Source of the DNA: Chlamydiales bacterium
GTDB taxonomy: Bacteria > Chlamydiota > Chlamydiia > Chlamydiales > JAAKFR01
Direction of reading: 5' to 3'
Length of the DNA: 32,000 bases
Assembly (NCBI GenBank): GCA_041395025.1
Contig: JAWLBH010000001.1
Location: 1,050,001 to 1,082,000 of the forward strand
A program made the position numbers and the translations under genes. The notes under the pieces are model-generated. The model was not told where the DNA came from. It did no database searches and saw only the letters and a program-made list of their open reading frames with translations. Of the stretch, positions 15,710 to 24,774 are shown one piece after another; positions within the stretch are counted from its first letter, which is position 1, and each line of letters starts with the position of its first letter.

Positions 15710-15751
15710 AAAGTTTTTGTCCTTTTGAAGGAATTATTACTATTTAAACAA

Positions 15752-16081
15752 TTAATTCAATAGACTAGCTTCTTCTTCAATCAATTCATTTGCATTTTGA
15801 GTATGAGAATCGTTCTCAATCTCTACAGCTTCATGATCTAGCTCCTCATTTGATTGGACTAAATCAAGCTGAATTTTTTTCCCAAGTCGAGTGGCTACAG
15901 TACGTACAATAGAACGCAAAGCATTAATCGTATTCCCACGACGACCGATTACCTTACCTATATCTTCTTTTGCCACATGAATTTCGATACGAATTGTCTC
16001 TTCATTGAGAAAAGAAGACACTGAAATTTCTTCTGGTTTAGAAACAAGATTTTTAATGATATATGCCACAAATTCATCCAT
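15752..16081 (-). CDS. KH-domain RNA-binding protein (UPF0109/YlqC-like) with an acidic C-terminal tail
   Basis: The KH GxxG loop is present (DIGKVIGRRGNTINALRSIV). A tail of about 30 aa rich in Asp/Glu extends beyond the usual ~80-aa family length. Confidence 0.8.
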   Translation of the reverse strand: MDEFVAYIIKNLVSKPEEISVSSFLNEETIRIEIHVAKEDIGKVIGRRGNTINALRSIVRTVATRLGKKIQLDLVQSNEELDHEAVEIENDSHTQNANELIEEEASLLN

Positions 16082-16127
16082 AAGAACGTTTACCTATAAG
16101 TTGAAATAGTATAGAAAATAAGAATGA

Positions 16128-16457
16128 TTATCTCACAGCAACTGTGTTTTGTGCAACCCAATCAAGATAATCCTGATTGCCATCGGTTATAGAAACCATT
16201 AAAATCTCAGGGATCTGATACTTAGACTGGGCTAAGATTGTCTCCTTAATTGCATGAAAATGAAGAGCACGGGTTTTAAAAATGACTTTGGTCTCTTCTG
16301 TGACCTCTATTTGTTGATTCCAAAAAAAAATTGACTCAATCTTAGGAATAATATTTACGCAGGCAACAAGTTTTTTTTTCACAAGAGCTCTTCCTATTTC
16401 ACGCGCTTCATTCAGACTCTCAGAGGTCCAAAAAATTTGTACGAAATCATTTTTCAT
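16128..16457 (-). CDS. cutA: Divalent-cation tolerance protein CutA
   Basis: KKKLVACVNIIPKIESIFFWNQQIEVTEETKVIFKT...PEILMVSITDGNQDYLDWV is collinear with E. coli CutA ([23 protein letters not shown]...LKT...PELLVLPV..G..DYLSWL). Confidence 0.85.
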   Translation of the reverse strand: MKNDFVQIFWTSESLNEAREIGRALVKKKLVACVNIIPKIESIFFWNQQIEVTEETKVIFKTRALHFHAIKETILAQSKYQIPEILMVSITDGNQDYLDWVAQNTVAVR

Positions 16458-17238
16458 AAGAAATATAAGCTACCTCAGGGTTTCTAAAATCGATAACACA
16501 TTTTTTATCGATCTGGATTTCTTTGATCATGATATCGTAGTAGCGCAATTCTTCTGCATAATTTTTTGGTGTAAGGCGTAGAATGGAGCCATTTTTTAAG
16601 ACAATAATGATTTGCTGATTCCCTGCACTTAAAGCATTGACTTGTGAAAGATCAATACGTGTCATAGAAAGAGGATGTAATCTATTAAAAATTCCAGATA
16701 TGAAAGCTACAGTTTGATGGTCTAGTTGTTTACCCCAAGGGTTAGGAGGGGCTTGAGCTCCTAGATAAATTTTTGGATACCTATAGGGAAGATAAAAGGG
16801 GAGGTAAGGAAAAAGCTTCCCCTCTTCATCGATTGCTGTATTGGTATAGTCTTCTAGATAAGCAATTGGCTGACGTACTTCATAGTCGATATAAAGGATA
16901 TTAGGTTGGATTTTTTTTATCGATAATTTACGGATCAGATGTGTTGCCATCAAACGTTCATATCCTTCTTGCAAATCAAACTGATTAAAATTTGATAATT
17001 GGTCACAAGATAATTCTAAAACTTCAGATAGGTAGGCTGTTTGTAAAGGAGCATAATGGGTCCCTGTTTGTACAATGGCTTCAATTTTTAGATCCATCGT
17101 ATGCATATGGGAGATACGTTGATACACTAAGTAGACTCCAGTAGTTCCGCCGGAAATCACAGAGGTAAAAATCGTAAGAAATAGTAGAACTTTTTTCCAA
17201 TGATATTTTGGACCTGGCTCTAAAAATTTTCTAAACAC
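16447..17238 (-). CDS. ftsQ: Cell-division protein FtsQ-like (bitopic, POTRA domain)
   Basis: It lies immediately downstream of murC/ddl, as in dcw clusters. There is a single N-terminal TM (VLLFLTIFTSVISGGTTGVYLV). The POTRA-like segment KLSIKKIQPNILYIDYEVRQPIAYL resembles E. coli ..LKIHLVERVPIARW. Divergence is high, so the call rests partly on context. Confidence 0.6.
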   Translation of the reverse strand: MFRKFLEPGPKYHWKKVLLFLTIFTSVISGGTTGVYLVYQRISHMHTMDLKIEAIVQTGTHYAPLQTAYLSEVLELSCDQLSNFNQFDLQEGYERLMATHLIRKLSIKKIQPNILYIDYEVRQPIAYLEDYTNTAIDEEGKLFPYLPFYLPYRYPKIYLGAQAPPNPWGKQLDHQTVAFISGIFNRLHPLSMTRIDLSQVNALSAGNQQIIIVLKNGSILRLTPKNYAEELRYYDIMIKEIQIDKKCVIDFRNPEVAYISYEK

Positions 17239-19598
17239 TTAAAATGTCTATCTTGTTGTCTTTTTCTTGCTAAAGCTAAAATAATGAGATGGTTGAATAG
17301 TTTCTTTGGTGTGAATTGAGTTTCATTCCAAAGCTTAGGAAAGAGGCTAAATTTCTGTAAGCCAGGAATGGGATTCATTTCAAAAAACCAATAGTTTCCT
17401 GCTTTATCGAGAAGAAAATCAATCCGAGTCATTCCACTGCACCGGACAGCTCTATAGGCTGCTTCAGTCAGAGCTTTTCCTTTTTCAAGCAGTATTGGGT
17501 CAAGATTAGGATGAAGTGTGGTAGGAATGGGATGAAGATATTTTTTATCATAATCTATAAACTCTCCCTGTCCTAGTTTTTCTCCGGGATTAGCCACAAT
17601 AATGCGAAATCCTTGTGTATTGCCTATCACTGGGAATTCAAGCTCGCGGCAACCTGATTTTCCCTCTTCAATCATGATTTCATAATCAAATTGAAATGCT
17701 AAGTCTATGGCATTTTCTAGCTCTTTTTGTTCCTTTACAAAGCTAATGCCAATGCTTGATCCTAGGTGTATTGGCTTCACATAGACAGGAAATTGTTGAA
17801 TTTTATTGAGAATAGAGGTCTTCTCTTGCTGCCATTCCACATAGCTAAAAGAAAGATCCTTCAAAACAGGGATGCCACTAGAGGCAACAATTTGCTTTGT
17901 CAGGACTTTGTTCATTGAAAGAGATGAAGCACACTGATCGGGACCAATGTAGGGCTTACCTAGCATCTCAAAAAATCCCTGGATCTTTCCGTCTTCACCG
18001 TAAGTTCCATGAAGAATCGGTAAGAATAGATCGCATAATGCAAATTCTTTGAAAATTTGAAAAATCGGCCGACACTCAGGTGATGCAACAATTGTCTCTG
18101 TTTCGAGAATTGTTTTGGCTTGATTCCCTGTAATCCAATCTCCTTTTTTGTCGATTCCAAAATATTGAATGTCATATAAATCACGATCAAGGGAGGCAGC
18201 GACAAAACGCGCAGATAGCAAAGAAATTTCATGTTCACAAGATACTCCTCCGAATACCAATCCTAGAGTCAATTTCCTAGAAGGAGAAGATCTATCATGA
18301 ATATGGTTCACTTTACCAGCTCCCATTGTGATAAACACATCATGTGGCATTAGAGGGGTGAAATCTTTCGATGGAAAACAAGGAACGTTAGAGACAGCAC
18401 GGATTTCTTGAATTAACTTATCAGAATTGATTCCTTCAATTTTCTCTTCATTTGCTGGATCAATCTCATCTATATACACTAAGTCAGCCATGTCAAAAGC
18501 TTTTCCCAATTTTTGCATTTGATCGCGTGTACGGGTATAGCGATGGGGTTGAAAGAGAACAACAAGACGGCGTTCTTCGATTGCCATTTTTATCGATTTT
18601 AACGTTTTAGCAATTTCTGTTGGATGATGAGCATAGTCATCAAGATAGAGTACGGAGTTGTTTTCCGTGCGTTTTTGACACCTTCTTTCGATACCAGAGA
18701 ATTTTGCTAGGGCGATGCGTATCTTCTCTTCCTGCACACCAAGACGTAGCGCAAGACCAAAAATCCCTGCTGCATTTAACGCATTATGTTCTCCTATAAG
18801 TGAGACTTCTACTTGTTTATAGACATGTTCTTGAAAATTGAAATCGAAATAGATCTTCCATCCTTCCTGTTTAAAGTTATAGATCTGTAAGAGGCAATCA
18901 GGAGAAAATCCATAGGAAATCCCCTTATTTCCCATTAATTTTTTTAATTCTAAATCATCTCCATAATAGAAAAGGTGTTCAGTATTTTGAAATCGATTGA
19001 TGAAATCCTCAAAAGCCCGATACAAGGATTCAATCGTTTTATAATAATGAATATGCTCAGATTCAATGTTTGTAATAATCCCTCCTTCTGGGCGATAGTT
19101 TAGAAAGGATCCATCGCTTTCATCTGCTTCCATCACGAAAAAATTTCCTTGACCAATTCTTCCATTCACTCCTTGGACCATGCCTCCAATTGCAAAGGTT
19201 GGATCCAATCCTCCTTCAGTTAAAACTGCATTCAGAAGAGAGGCAGTTGTAGTTTTGCCATGAGTACCTGCACAGGCAAAGCTTCGATGACCTTGCATAA
19301 GCTCAGCTAAAAGCTGGGAACGATGCATAATGCGACAATTGAGTGCTCTAGCTGCGAGTAATTCGGGATTACCTTCTTTAATTCCCGAACTGAAGATTAC
19401 GGTATGCTGAGGAGAAATATATTTAGCTGAATGTCCTTGCTGAAATATAGCTCCTTGTTTAATCAGCTCAGAGATATTTTGCGAAAAGGAGATATCACTT
19501 CCAGAGATTAAATATTTTTTCTCAAGAAGAATTCTAGCAAGTGCACTCATGCCTATTCCACCAATCCCAATAAAATGGTATTGTTTGCTCTTATCCAT
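17220..19598 (-). CDS. murC/ddl: Bifunctional UDP-N-acetylmuramate--L-alanine ligase / D-alanine--D-alanine ligase (MurC-Ddl fusion)
   Basis: The N-terminal MurC part has YHFIGIGGIGMSALARILL and GTHGKTTTASLL. The C-terminal Ddl part has LGLVFGGVSCEHEISLLSA, an ATP-grasp region and FFEMNPIPG. I moved the start to ATG 19598 (MDKSKQYHF), which overlaps the murG stop by 8 nt. The 5-prime extension in the ORF track reads through murG. Confidence 0.93.
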   Translation of the reverse strand: MDKSKQYHFIGIGGIGMSALARILLEKKYLISGSDISFSQNISELIKQGAIFQQGHSAKYISPQHTVIFSSGIKEGNPELLAARALNCRIMHRSQLLAELMQGHRSFACAGTHGKTTTASLLNAVLTEGGLDPTFAIGGMVQGVNGRIGQGNFFVMEADESDGSFLNYRPEGGIITNIESEHIHYYKTIESLYRAFEDFINRFQNTEHLFYYGDDLELKKLMGNKGISYGFSPDCLLQIYNFKQEGWKIYFDFNFQEHVYKQVEVSLIGEHNALNAAGIFGLALRLGVQEEKIRIALAKFSGIERRCQKRTENNSVLYLDDYAHHPTEIAKTLKSIKMAIEERRLVVLFQPHRYTRTRDQMQKLGKAFDMADLVYIDEIDPANEEKIEGINSDKLIQEIRAVSNVPCFPSKDFTPLMPHDVFITMGAGKVNHIHDRSSPSRKLTLGLVFGGVSCEHEISLLSARFVAASLDRDLYDIQYFGIDKKGDWITGNQAKTILETETIVASPECRPIFQIFKEFALCDLFLPILHGTYGEDGKIQGFFEMLGKPYIGPDQCASSLSMNKVLTKQIVASSGIPVLKDLSFSYVEWQQEKTSILNKIQQFPVYVKPIHLGSSIGISFVKEQKELENAIDLAFQFDYEIMIEEGKSGCRELEFPVIGNTQGFRIIVANPGEKLGQGEFIDYDKKYLHPIPTTLHPNLDPILLEKGKALTEAAYRAVRCSGMTRIDFLLDKAGNYWFFEMNPIPGLQKFSLFPKLWNETQFTPKKLFNHLIILALARKRQQDRHFKCLENF

Positions 19599-20616
19599 AA
19601 AGAACTCCTTCAATGACATCAGCAAGATGCAAGCTATTTTGTTTTTTTTTGAATGTTTGAATCTCTTTTCTTTTTGCTTCAATAGGAAAACGATGAATGA
19701 CCTCAGATAATTTTTTTCCATTCAGATCTTTTTCTAATAAAACCTCTCCTCCAGGAAAGTAACGTGCATTGATTTCTTGATGATTATCTGTGGCATGAGG
19801 AAAAGGAATAAGCACTGCGGGTGTTTCACTTGCAATTAACTCAGAAAGGGTGGCGGCTCCTGCGCGGCAGATGGCTAAATCTGCAATAGACATCGCTTCC
19901 ATAAGATTGGGTTCAAAAGGTTTAAGGTAGTGAATAGTATTTTTATATAGTTCTTTATCAGCTTTCCACTTAGAACCTGTAAAATGGAGGAATTGAAAAG
20001 CAGAGAGAAAGGGAATCGCATCTAAAAAAATCTCATTCAAACGAGCAGCTCCTTGAGAGCCTCCAAATATAAGTAGAGTAGGTCGTCCCTTTTTCAATCC
20101 AAAATACCTCCAGGGATCTTCAATTTTTTTACGGTGACGTAAAGGAAAATGTACAAGCTGAGAATTCCCTGCGATTTTGATAGGAAAATTCAGAGTCGTG
20201 ATTTTAGCAAAGCGAGAGAAGAGACGGTTGACCTTGCCTAAAATAGCATTTTGTTCATAAAGAATAAGGGGAATTTTAAGATGTGTTGCTGCTAATAATA
20301 GCGGTAGGGTATGAAAACTCCCAAAACCAACAACAAGATCGGGCATAAAATCCAACAAGATCTTTCGGCTTTGCCATATTCCCTTGATGATGGAGCATCC
20401 ACCAGATGCCATTTTTATTGGATTTGAAAATCGAAAAGTCGCTGTTGAGATTTCTTGAGATGCAAAATGAGAATGATCAAAAAAACGATTCTCTTTTAAT
20501 CCCCCTCCAACAAATAAAATGTGGTGATTAGATAGAGCCTCCGCGACTACTTGCGCTGGAAACACATGCCCTCCTGTTCCTCCAGTGGTTAGAATGATTT
20601 TCTTTTTCTTCATCAC
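19591..20616 (-). CDS. murG: UDP-GlcNAc:lipid I N-acetylglucosaminyltransferase
   Basis: ILTTGGTGGHVFPAQVVAEAL is the MurG G-loop 1, and the C-terminal part has CRAGAATLSELIASETPAVLIPFP. Confidence 0.92.
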   Translation of the reverse strand: MMKKKKIILTTGGTGGHVFPAQVVAEALSNHHILFVGGGLKENRFFDHSHFASQEISTATFRFSNPIKMASGGCSIIKGIWQSRKILLDFMPDLVVGFGSFHTLPLLLAATHLKIPLILYEQNAILGKVNRLFSRFAKITTLNFPIKIAGNSQLVHFPLRHRKKIEDPWRYFGLKKGRPTLLIFGGSQGAARLNEIFLDAIPFLSAFQFLHFTGSKWKADKELYKNTIHYLKPFEPNLMEAMSIADLAICRAGAATLSELIASETPAVLIPFPHATDNHQEINARYFPGGEVLLEKDLNGKKLSEVIHRFPIEAKRKEIQTFKKKQNSLHLADVIEGVLYG

Positions 20617-21682
20617 GTCCTATGTTAAGGAGAATAGCGAGTCCGATGATATTTGCAATCAATGAAGTGCCACCTTGGCTAAAAAAAGGTAAATTTACCC
20701 CTTTACTTGGCAACAAACCAGATACAACACCAAGATTAAGAAATGCTTGCAAGGATATAAGAGAGGTAATAGCTGTTGCTAAGTAACACCCAATAACCGT
20801 AGGAGTTTTTAAAGCAATCGAAAATCCTCCAAGGGAGAATAACATATAGAGAATAATGAGCAAAAGAATCCCAAGAAATCCAAATTCTTCAGCATAGATA
20901 GCAGCAATATAATCATTTTGTGCTTCAGGTAGATAGGTGAGCTTTTGTAGACTAGCTCCAGGTCCTCGCCCAAAGAGTTGTCCCGATCCAGCAGCAATTT
21001 TTGCCTGATGAGGTTGATGTCCCTTTCCTTTAAGATCAAGCTCTGGATGGAGATACACCTCGACTCGACTTCTTACATAAGGAAGCTGAAGAGCAATAAA
21101 AGTGCCAGTGATAAAAAGGATGCCCACAGGAAGGACCCAGTATTTGATACGAATTCCGCTAATGAAGAAGAGAGGAAGAAGGGAAATAGCAATTACAGCA
21201 GTTGTGCCGTTGTCAGGCTCAATCATGATGAGAGACATAGGAATGGCAAGTATGGAAACAATTTTACAAAATCTCAAGAATGAAATTTGATGTTTATAAT
21301 GATGTACAATCCATTCGATATAGACCATGGGAACGAGATATTTCACAAATTCTGAAGGTTGAATAGTAAAGTTTCCGATACCTATCCATCTGTGAGCCCC
21401 GTTACGCATTTTTCCTATTTCAGGAACAAAAACTAAGGTCAACAAAAAAAGAAAAAGAAAAAGTAAATAAGGGCTTAGATGGAGAAGATGTATATAACCA
21501 ATCTTCCAGATGAAAATTGCAGCTAGGAGCCCAATCATTCCATAGATAATCTGACGTAAAAGCGCTTGATGAATATTCTTATTGAGAGCACGGTCTAAAA
21601 TTTCTGCTGAAGAGGTATTGAAGATCATCATCAACCCAACAGCAAAAATGACAACAACACAAATAATGACAAGGAGTTTCAT
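20528..21682 (-). CDS. ftsW: SEDS-family lipid II polymerase/flippase FtsW
   Basis: Polytopic membrane protein with the SEDS motifs IQPSEFVKY and LPEAQNDYIAAIYAEEFGFLG. It occupies the dcw position between murD/lysM and murG. The last 89 nt overlap murG. Confidence 0.9.
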   Translation of the reverse strand: MKLLVIICVVVIFAVGLMMIFNTSSAEILDRALNKNIHQALLRQIIYGMIGLLAAIFIWKIGYIHLLHLSPYLLFLFLFLLTLVFVPEIGKMRNGAHRWIGIGNFTIQPSEFVKYLVPMVYIEWIVHHYKHQISFLRFCKIVSILAIPMSLIMIEPDNGTTAVIAISLLPLFFISGIRIKYWVLPVGILFITGTFIALQLPYVRSRVEVYLHPELDLKGKGHQPHQAKIAAGSGQLFGRGPGASLQKLTYLPEAQNDYIAAIYAEEFGFLGILLLIILYMLFSLGGFSIALKTPTVIGCYLATAITSLISLQAFLNLGVVSGLLPSKGVNLPFFSQGGTSLIANIIGLAILLNIGRDEEKENHSNHWRNRRACVSSASSRGGSI

Positions 21683-22332
21683 CTAATTCGCAAACGATCT
21701 CCTGGACGTAAACGGCGTGCTTTTTGTTCATCTAGATCATTAAGACGGAGTAAGTCTTCAAGACGGAGATTATTCCGCGATGCAATTAACCAAGGATTAT
21801 CTCCCTCTTTCACAATATAATATTCGCCTTTTGGTTGATCAGTGACTTCTTTTACTTGTAATTCACTGAGTGGGATTTTTAACACCTGTCCGATCTTTAG
21901 TTGAGTCGAAGAGATATTATTCGCTTTCATGATTGCAGCTACCGTAGTATTGTTCGCATGAGCAATTTTTTCTAAAAAATCTCCTTTCTTCACAGTGACA
22001 TCGATGTAACGAGTGTTTTGTAGAGGATTTGAGAGCTCTTTTTCAAGATGTTTCTTCTCTTCAATCACCTGTGCAGGTAGATAAGAAAGTTGAATCTCTT
22101 CGGTAGGGGAAATCGACTCATTGTTATGTTGCACAAGGGTAGGCACAGAAGGAGTATATTCTTTAAAAAAATCCTCCTCTAGTGGATATTCAGTCAAAGG
22201 TGCCTGAGCAAGCTTGGTAGATTTGTTTGGTGGAGATTCACTTTTATCTGATCTTACAGCCGTGGCAAATAAAACCATTAATAACGCAGCATTGACTAAA
22301 ACAGCGACTATTATTGTATCCCTACGACTCAT
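21679..22332 (-). CDS. Membrane-anchored protein with two LysM peptidoglycan-binding domains (NlpD position, no catalytic domain)
   Basis: N-terminal TM (IIVAVLVNAALLMVLFATAV). LysM-1 is YIDVTVKKGDFLEKIAHANNTTVAAIMKANNISSTQLKIGQVLKIP and LysM-2 is YYIVKEGDNPWLIASRNNLRLEDLLRLNDLDEQKARRLRPGDRLRI. At 217 aa there is no room for an M23/LytM domain. ATGA overlaps link it to both neighbours. Confidence 0.8.
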   Translation of the reverse strand: MSRRDTIIVAVLVNAALLMVLFATAVRSDKSESPPNKSTKLAQAPLTEYPLEEDFFKEYTPSVPTLVQHNNESISPTEEIQLSYLPAQVIEEKKHLEKELSNPLQNTRYIDVTVKKGDFLEKIAHANNTTVAAIMKANNISSTQLKIGQVLKIPLSELQVKEVTDQPKGEYYIVKEGDNPWLIASRNNLRLEDLLRLNDLDEQKARRLRPGDRLRIR

Positions 22333-23516
22333 ACGATCTCCTCAAGTGCATAAACAATTTCCTTAAATCTATCTCCACGCTCTTCATAATTTTTAAACTG
22401 ATCATAACTCGAACAGCCTGGGGAAAGCAAAACCGTTTCCCCTTTTTTTGCAAACAGCGTCGCTTGTTTGATTCCTTCTTCCAAGCTCCCCACTTTTTCT
22501 AATTGGATTTCAAAAGCAAGTGCATTTTCCATTTTTTTTGCCGCTTCTCCCATAGCAAAAACTTTTCGTACTTTCTGATGAAAGACTGAAAGCCAATTTG
22601 CATAGCATCCCCCTTTATCCACCCCACCAGCAATTAAGACAATAGAAGTTTTAATTGTATGTATAGCTTTTATAACCGCATCAATACTTGTAGCTTTACT
22701 ATCATTAACAAAATGGATTCCTCTATATTCACGGACAAATTCAATACGATGAGGAGGTTTTGTAAATGTGTCTAATCCTTGCTTTAGTCTATTTTGATCC
22801 ACAGAGGTAAGTGCATAAGCCGCTGCAATGTTTTCTAAATCATGTGGGTAAAACTGTCTATTTCTATAACTCAGAGAGGCAATTGTTTCAATAGGTAAAA
22901 TCGTCGCTCCTGGACAAAACTGTTTAGCAATAGAATGGGTTGTAAAAAAAGGTGCTCCTTTTTTAAGACAAGCCTGCAAACGCAATTTTGCTTTTGTATA
23001 GGCTTCAAAGGTCAAATGCCAGTCAAGATGGTTAGGAGTGATATTGAGTAACACAGCTCTATTAAAATGGTGACCAATTAAGATCGATTCAAGTTGAAAT
23101 GAGCTCAGCTCGAGGACAAAAATCTCTACATCTGATTTAACTTGAGAAATCAGAGGAATCCCTATGTTGCCTACAGCCATAGCTTTTTTTCCAGAGAGAT
23201 TCAAAAGATGGGTAGCGAGTAAGGTTGTGGTTGTCTTGCCATTTGATCCAGTGATCGCATAGATTGTTTGATCTTGTATTTCTTGCAAGGCTAAATCAAT
23301 TTCTCCTATCACAGGAATAGGATATTTCTGTAGAGACTTAACCAGAGGATGGGTAGAAGGGATACCCGGAGATTTTATTGCAAGATCAATTTTCTCAAAA
23401 GCAAGAGGTTGAGGGGGGAGTGCATCATCATAGATAGAAATCGTATCCCCTCTTTCTTCACAGAAATTCTTGACAGCCTGACCACTGATCCCAAGACCTA
23501 TAATTAAGATATGCAT
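22329..23516 (-). CDS. murD: UDP-N-acetylmuramoylalanine--D-glutamate ligase
   Basis: N-terminal Rossmann ILIIGLGISGQA, the Mur-ligase P-loop ITGSNGKTTTTLLATHLL, and the dcw position between mraY and ftsW. Confidence 0.9.
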   Translation of the reverse strand: MHILIIGLGISGQAVKNFCEERGDTISIYDDALPPQPLAFEKIDLAIKSPGIPSTHPLVKSLQKYPIPVIGEIDLALQEIQDQTIYAITGSNGKTTTTLLATHLLNLSGKKAMAVGNIGIPLISQVKSDVEIFVLELSSFQLESILIGHHFNRAVLLNITPNHLDWHLTFEAYTKAKLRLQACLKKGAPFFTTHSIAKQFCPGATILPIETIASLSYRNRQFYPHDLENIAAAYALTSVDQNRLKQGLDTFTKPPHRIEFVREYRGIHFVNDSKATSIDAVIKAIHTIKTSIVLIAGGVDKGGCYANWLSVFHQKVRKVFAMGEAAKKMENALAFEIQLEKVGSLEEGIKQATLFAKKGETVLLSPGCSSYDQFKNYEERGDRFKEIVYALEEIV

Positions 23517-23526
23517 GAGGTAAGAT

Positions 23527-24774
23527 TTATTGAAATTTCAATGTTGCAATCCCAACCATAGCAAGTAGTAGACCAATAATCCAGAAACGCAAGACGACTT
23601 TTGTTTCTGCCCATCCTTTGTATTCAAAGTGATGATGAAGAGGAGCACATAAAAAAAGACGTTTTTTTTGACGTAATTTATAGCTGCCTACTTGAAGAAT
23701 CACTGAAATCGCTTCAATCACAAAAATCCCTCCAATAATCATTAAAAGAAGCTCTCTTTTGAGCAAAACAGCTGATACTCCAATGACTGCTCCAAGAGTA
23801 AGCGATCCAGTATCTCCCATAAAGACCTGAGCTGGGTATCCATTATACCAAAGGAAACCTAGTGCGGCTCCTGCAAGAGCGGAAAGATAGATCGCAATTT
23901 CTCCACTTCCATCAATATAGAGAATATGTAAGTAACGCGAAAGATCAAGGTGATTAGATACAAAAGCAATAAGAGCAAATGCACTAGCTACAAGCATGAG
24001 AATCCCAGTGGCTAAGCCATCAAGACCGTCGGTAAGATTGACAGCATTTGAAGTTCCTGTAATCACAAATATGAAAAAAATCCCCATGAAGAATAACCCT
24101 AAGCCAGATAGCTCAAAGATCGGGATTTTAAAAAAAGGAAGGTATAGACGAGCCGCATACTTCTGGGTCGTTAAAGTAAGCAATTCAGTCTGAGCCTCTT
24201 CTTTAGCATAGGGAGGAGGAAACCAATCATAGATATGAAGAGCTTGAGTCAGTGGAGTCCATAGTAAATAGAGAGCGATGCAGCAGGAAAAAGCGACTTG
24301 TACGGCTAACTTTCTCCTGCCAGGCACACCCTGTTTATTTTTATACCGGAGCTTTAAATAATCATCCACTCCACCAAGTGTCCCAATCACAATTGTGGTG
24401 GTAAATAAGATAAGGGTGAAGGGATTTTTGAGATCCATCCAAAGGAAAAGGGAGGTTAACATTGAGGATAAAATTAAAATTCCCCCCATAGTCGGGGTAT
24501 TATTTTTATTGCGGTGTAACTCTCCTAGTAAAGGACACTCTTCACTTCTTACACGATCTCCAATTTTCCATTCGTAGAGTTTTTTAATAAAATATTTTCC
24601 AAAAAAGATCGTAAATAAGAGAGAAACAATAGCAGCTAGAGCCATCCGTGTGGAACAATATTCAAAAACAGCGGGGATTTTTAGATGGAGAGAATTTTTT
24701 AAGAATGACAAAAGCAATAGAAGCATAGATGCATTAAAAGGAGAGATAGAAATAATTACCAGAGGCTTTTGCAA
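23527..24774 (-). CDS. mraY: Phospho-N-acetylmuramoyl-pentapeptide transferase
   Basis: NAVNLTDGLDGLA, MGDTGSLTLGA and APLHHHFE are canonical MraY motifs. The true start is possibly ATG 24726 (MLLLLLSFLK). Confidence 0.93.
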   Translation of the reverse strand: MQKPLVIISISPFNASMLLLLLSFLKNSLHLKIPAVFEYCSTRMALAAIVSLLFTIFFGKYFIKKLYEWKIGDRVRSEECPLLGELHRNKNNTPTMGGILILSSMLTSLFLWMDLKNPFTLILFTTTIVIGTLGGVDDYLKLRYKNKQGVPGRRKLAVQVAFSCCIALYLLWTPLTQALHIYDWFPPPYAKEEAQTELLTLTTQKYAARLYLPFFKIPIFELSGLGLFFMGIFFIFVITGTSNAVNLTDGLDGLATGILMLVASAFALIAFVSNHLDLSRYLHILYIDGSGEIAIYLSALAGAALGFLWYNGYPAQVFMGDTGSLTLGAVIGVSAVLLKRELLLMIIGGIFVIEAISVILQVGSYKLRQKKRLFLCAPLHHHFEYKGWAETKVVLRFWIIGLLLAMVGIATLKFQ

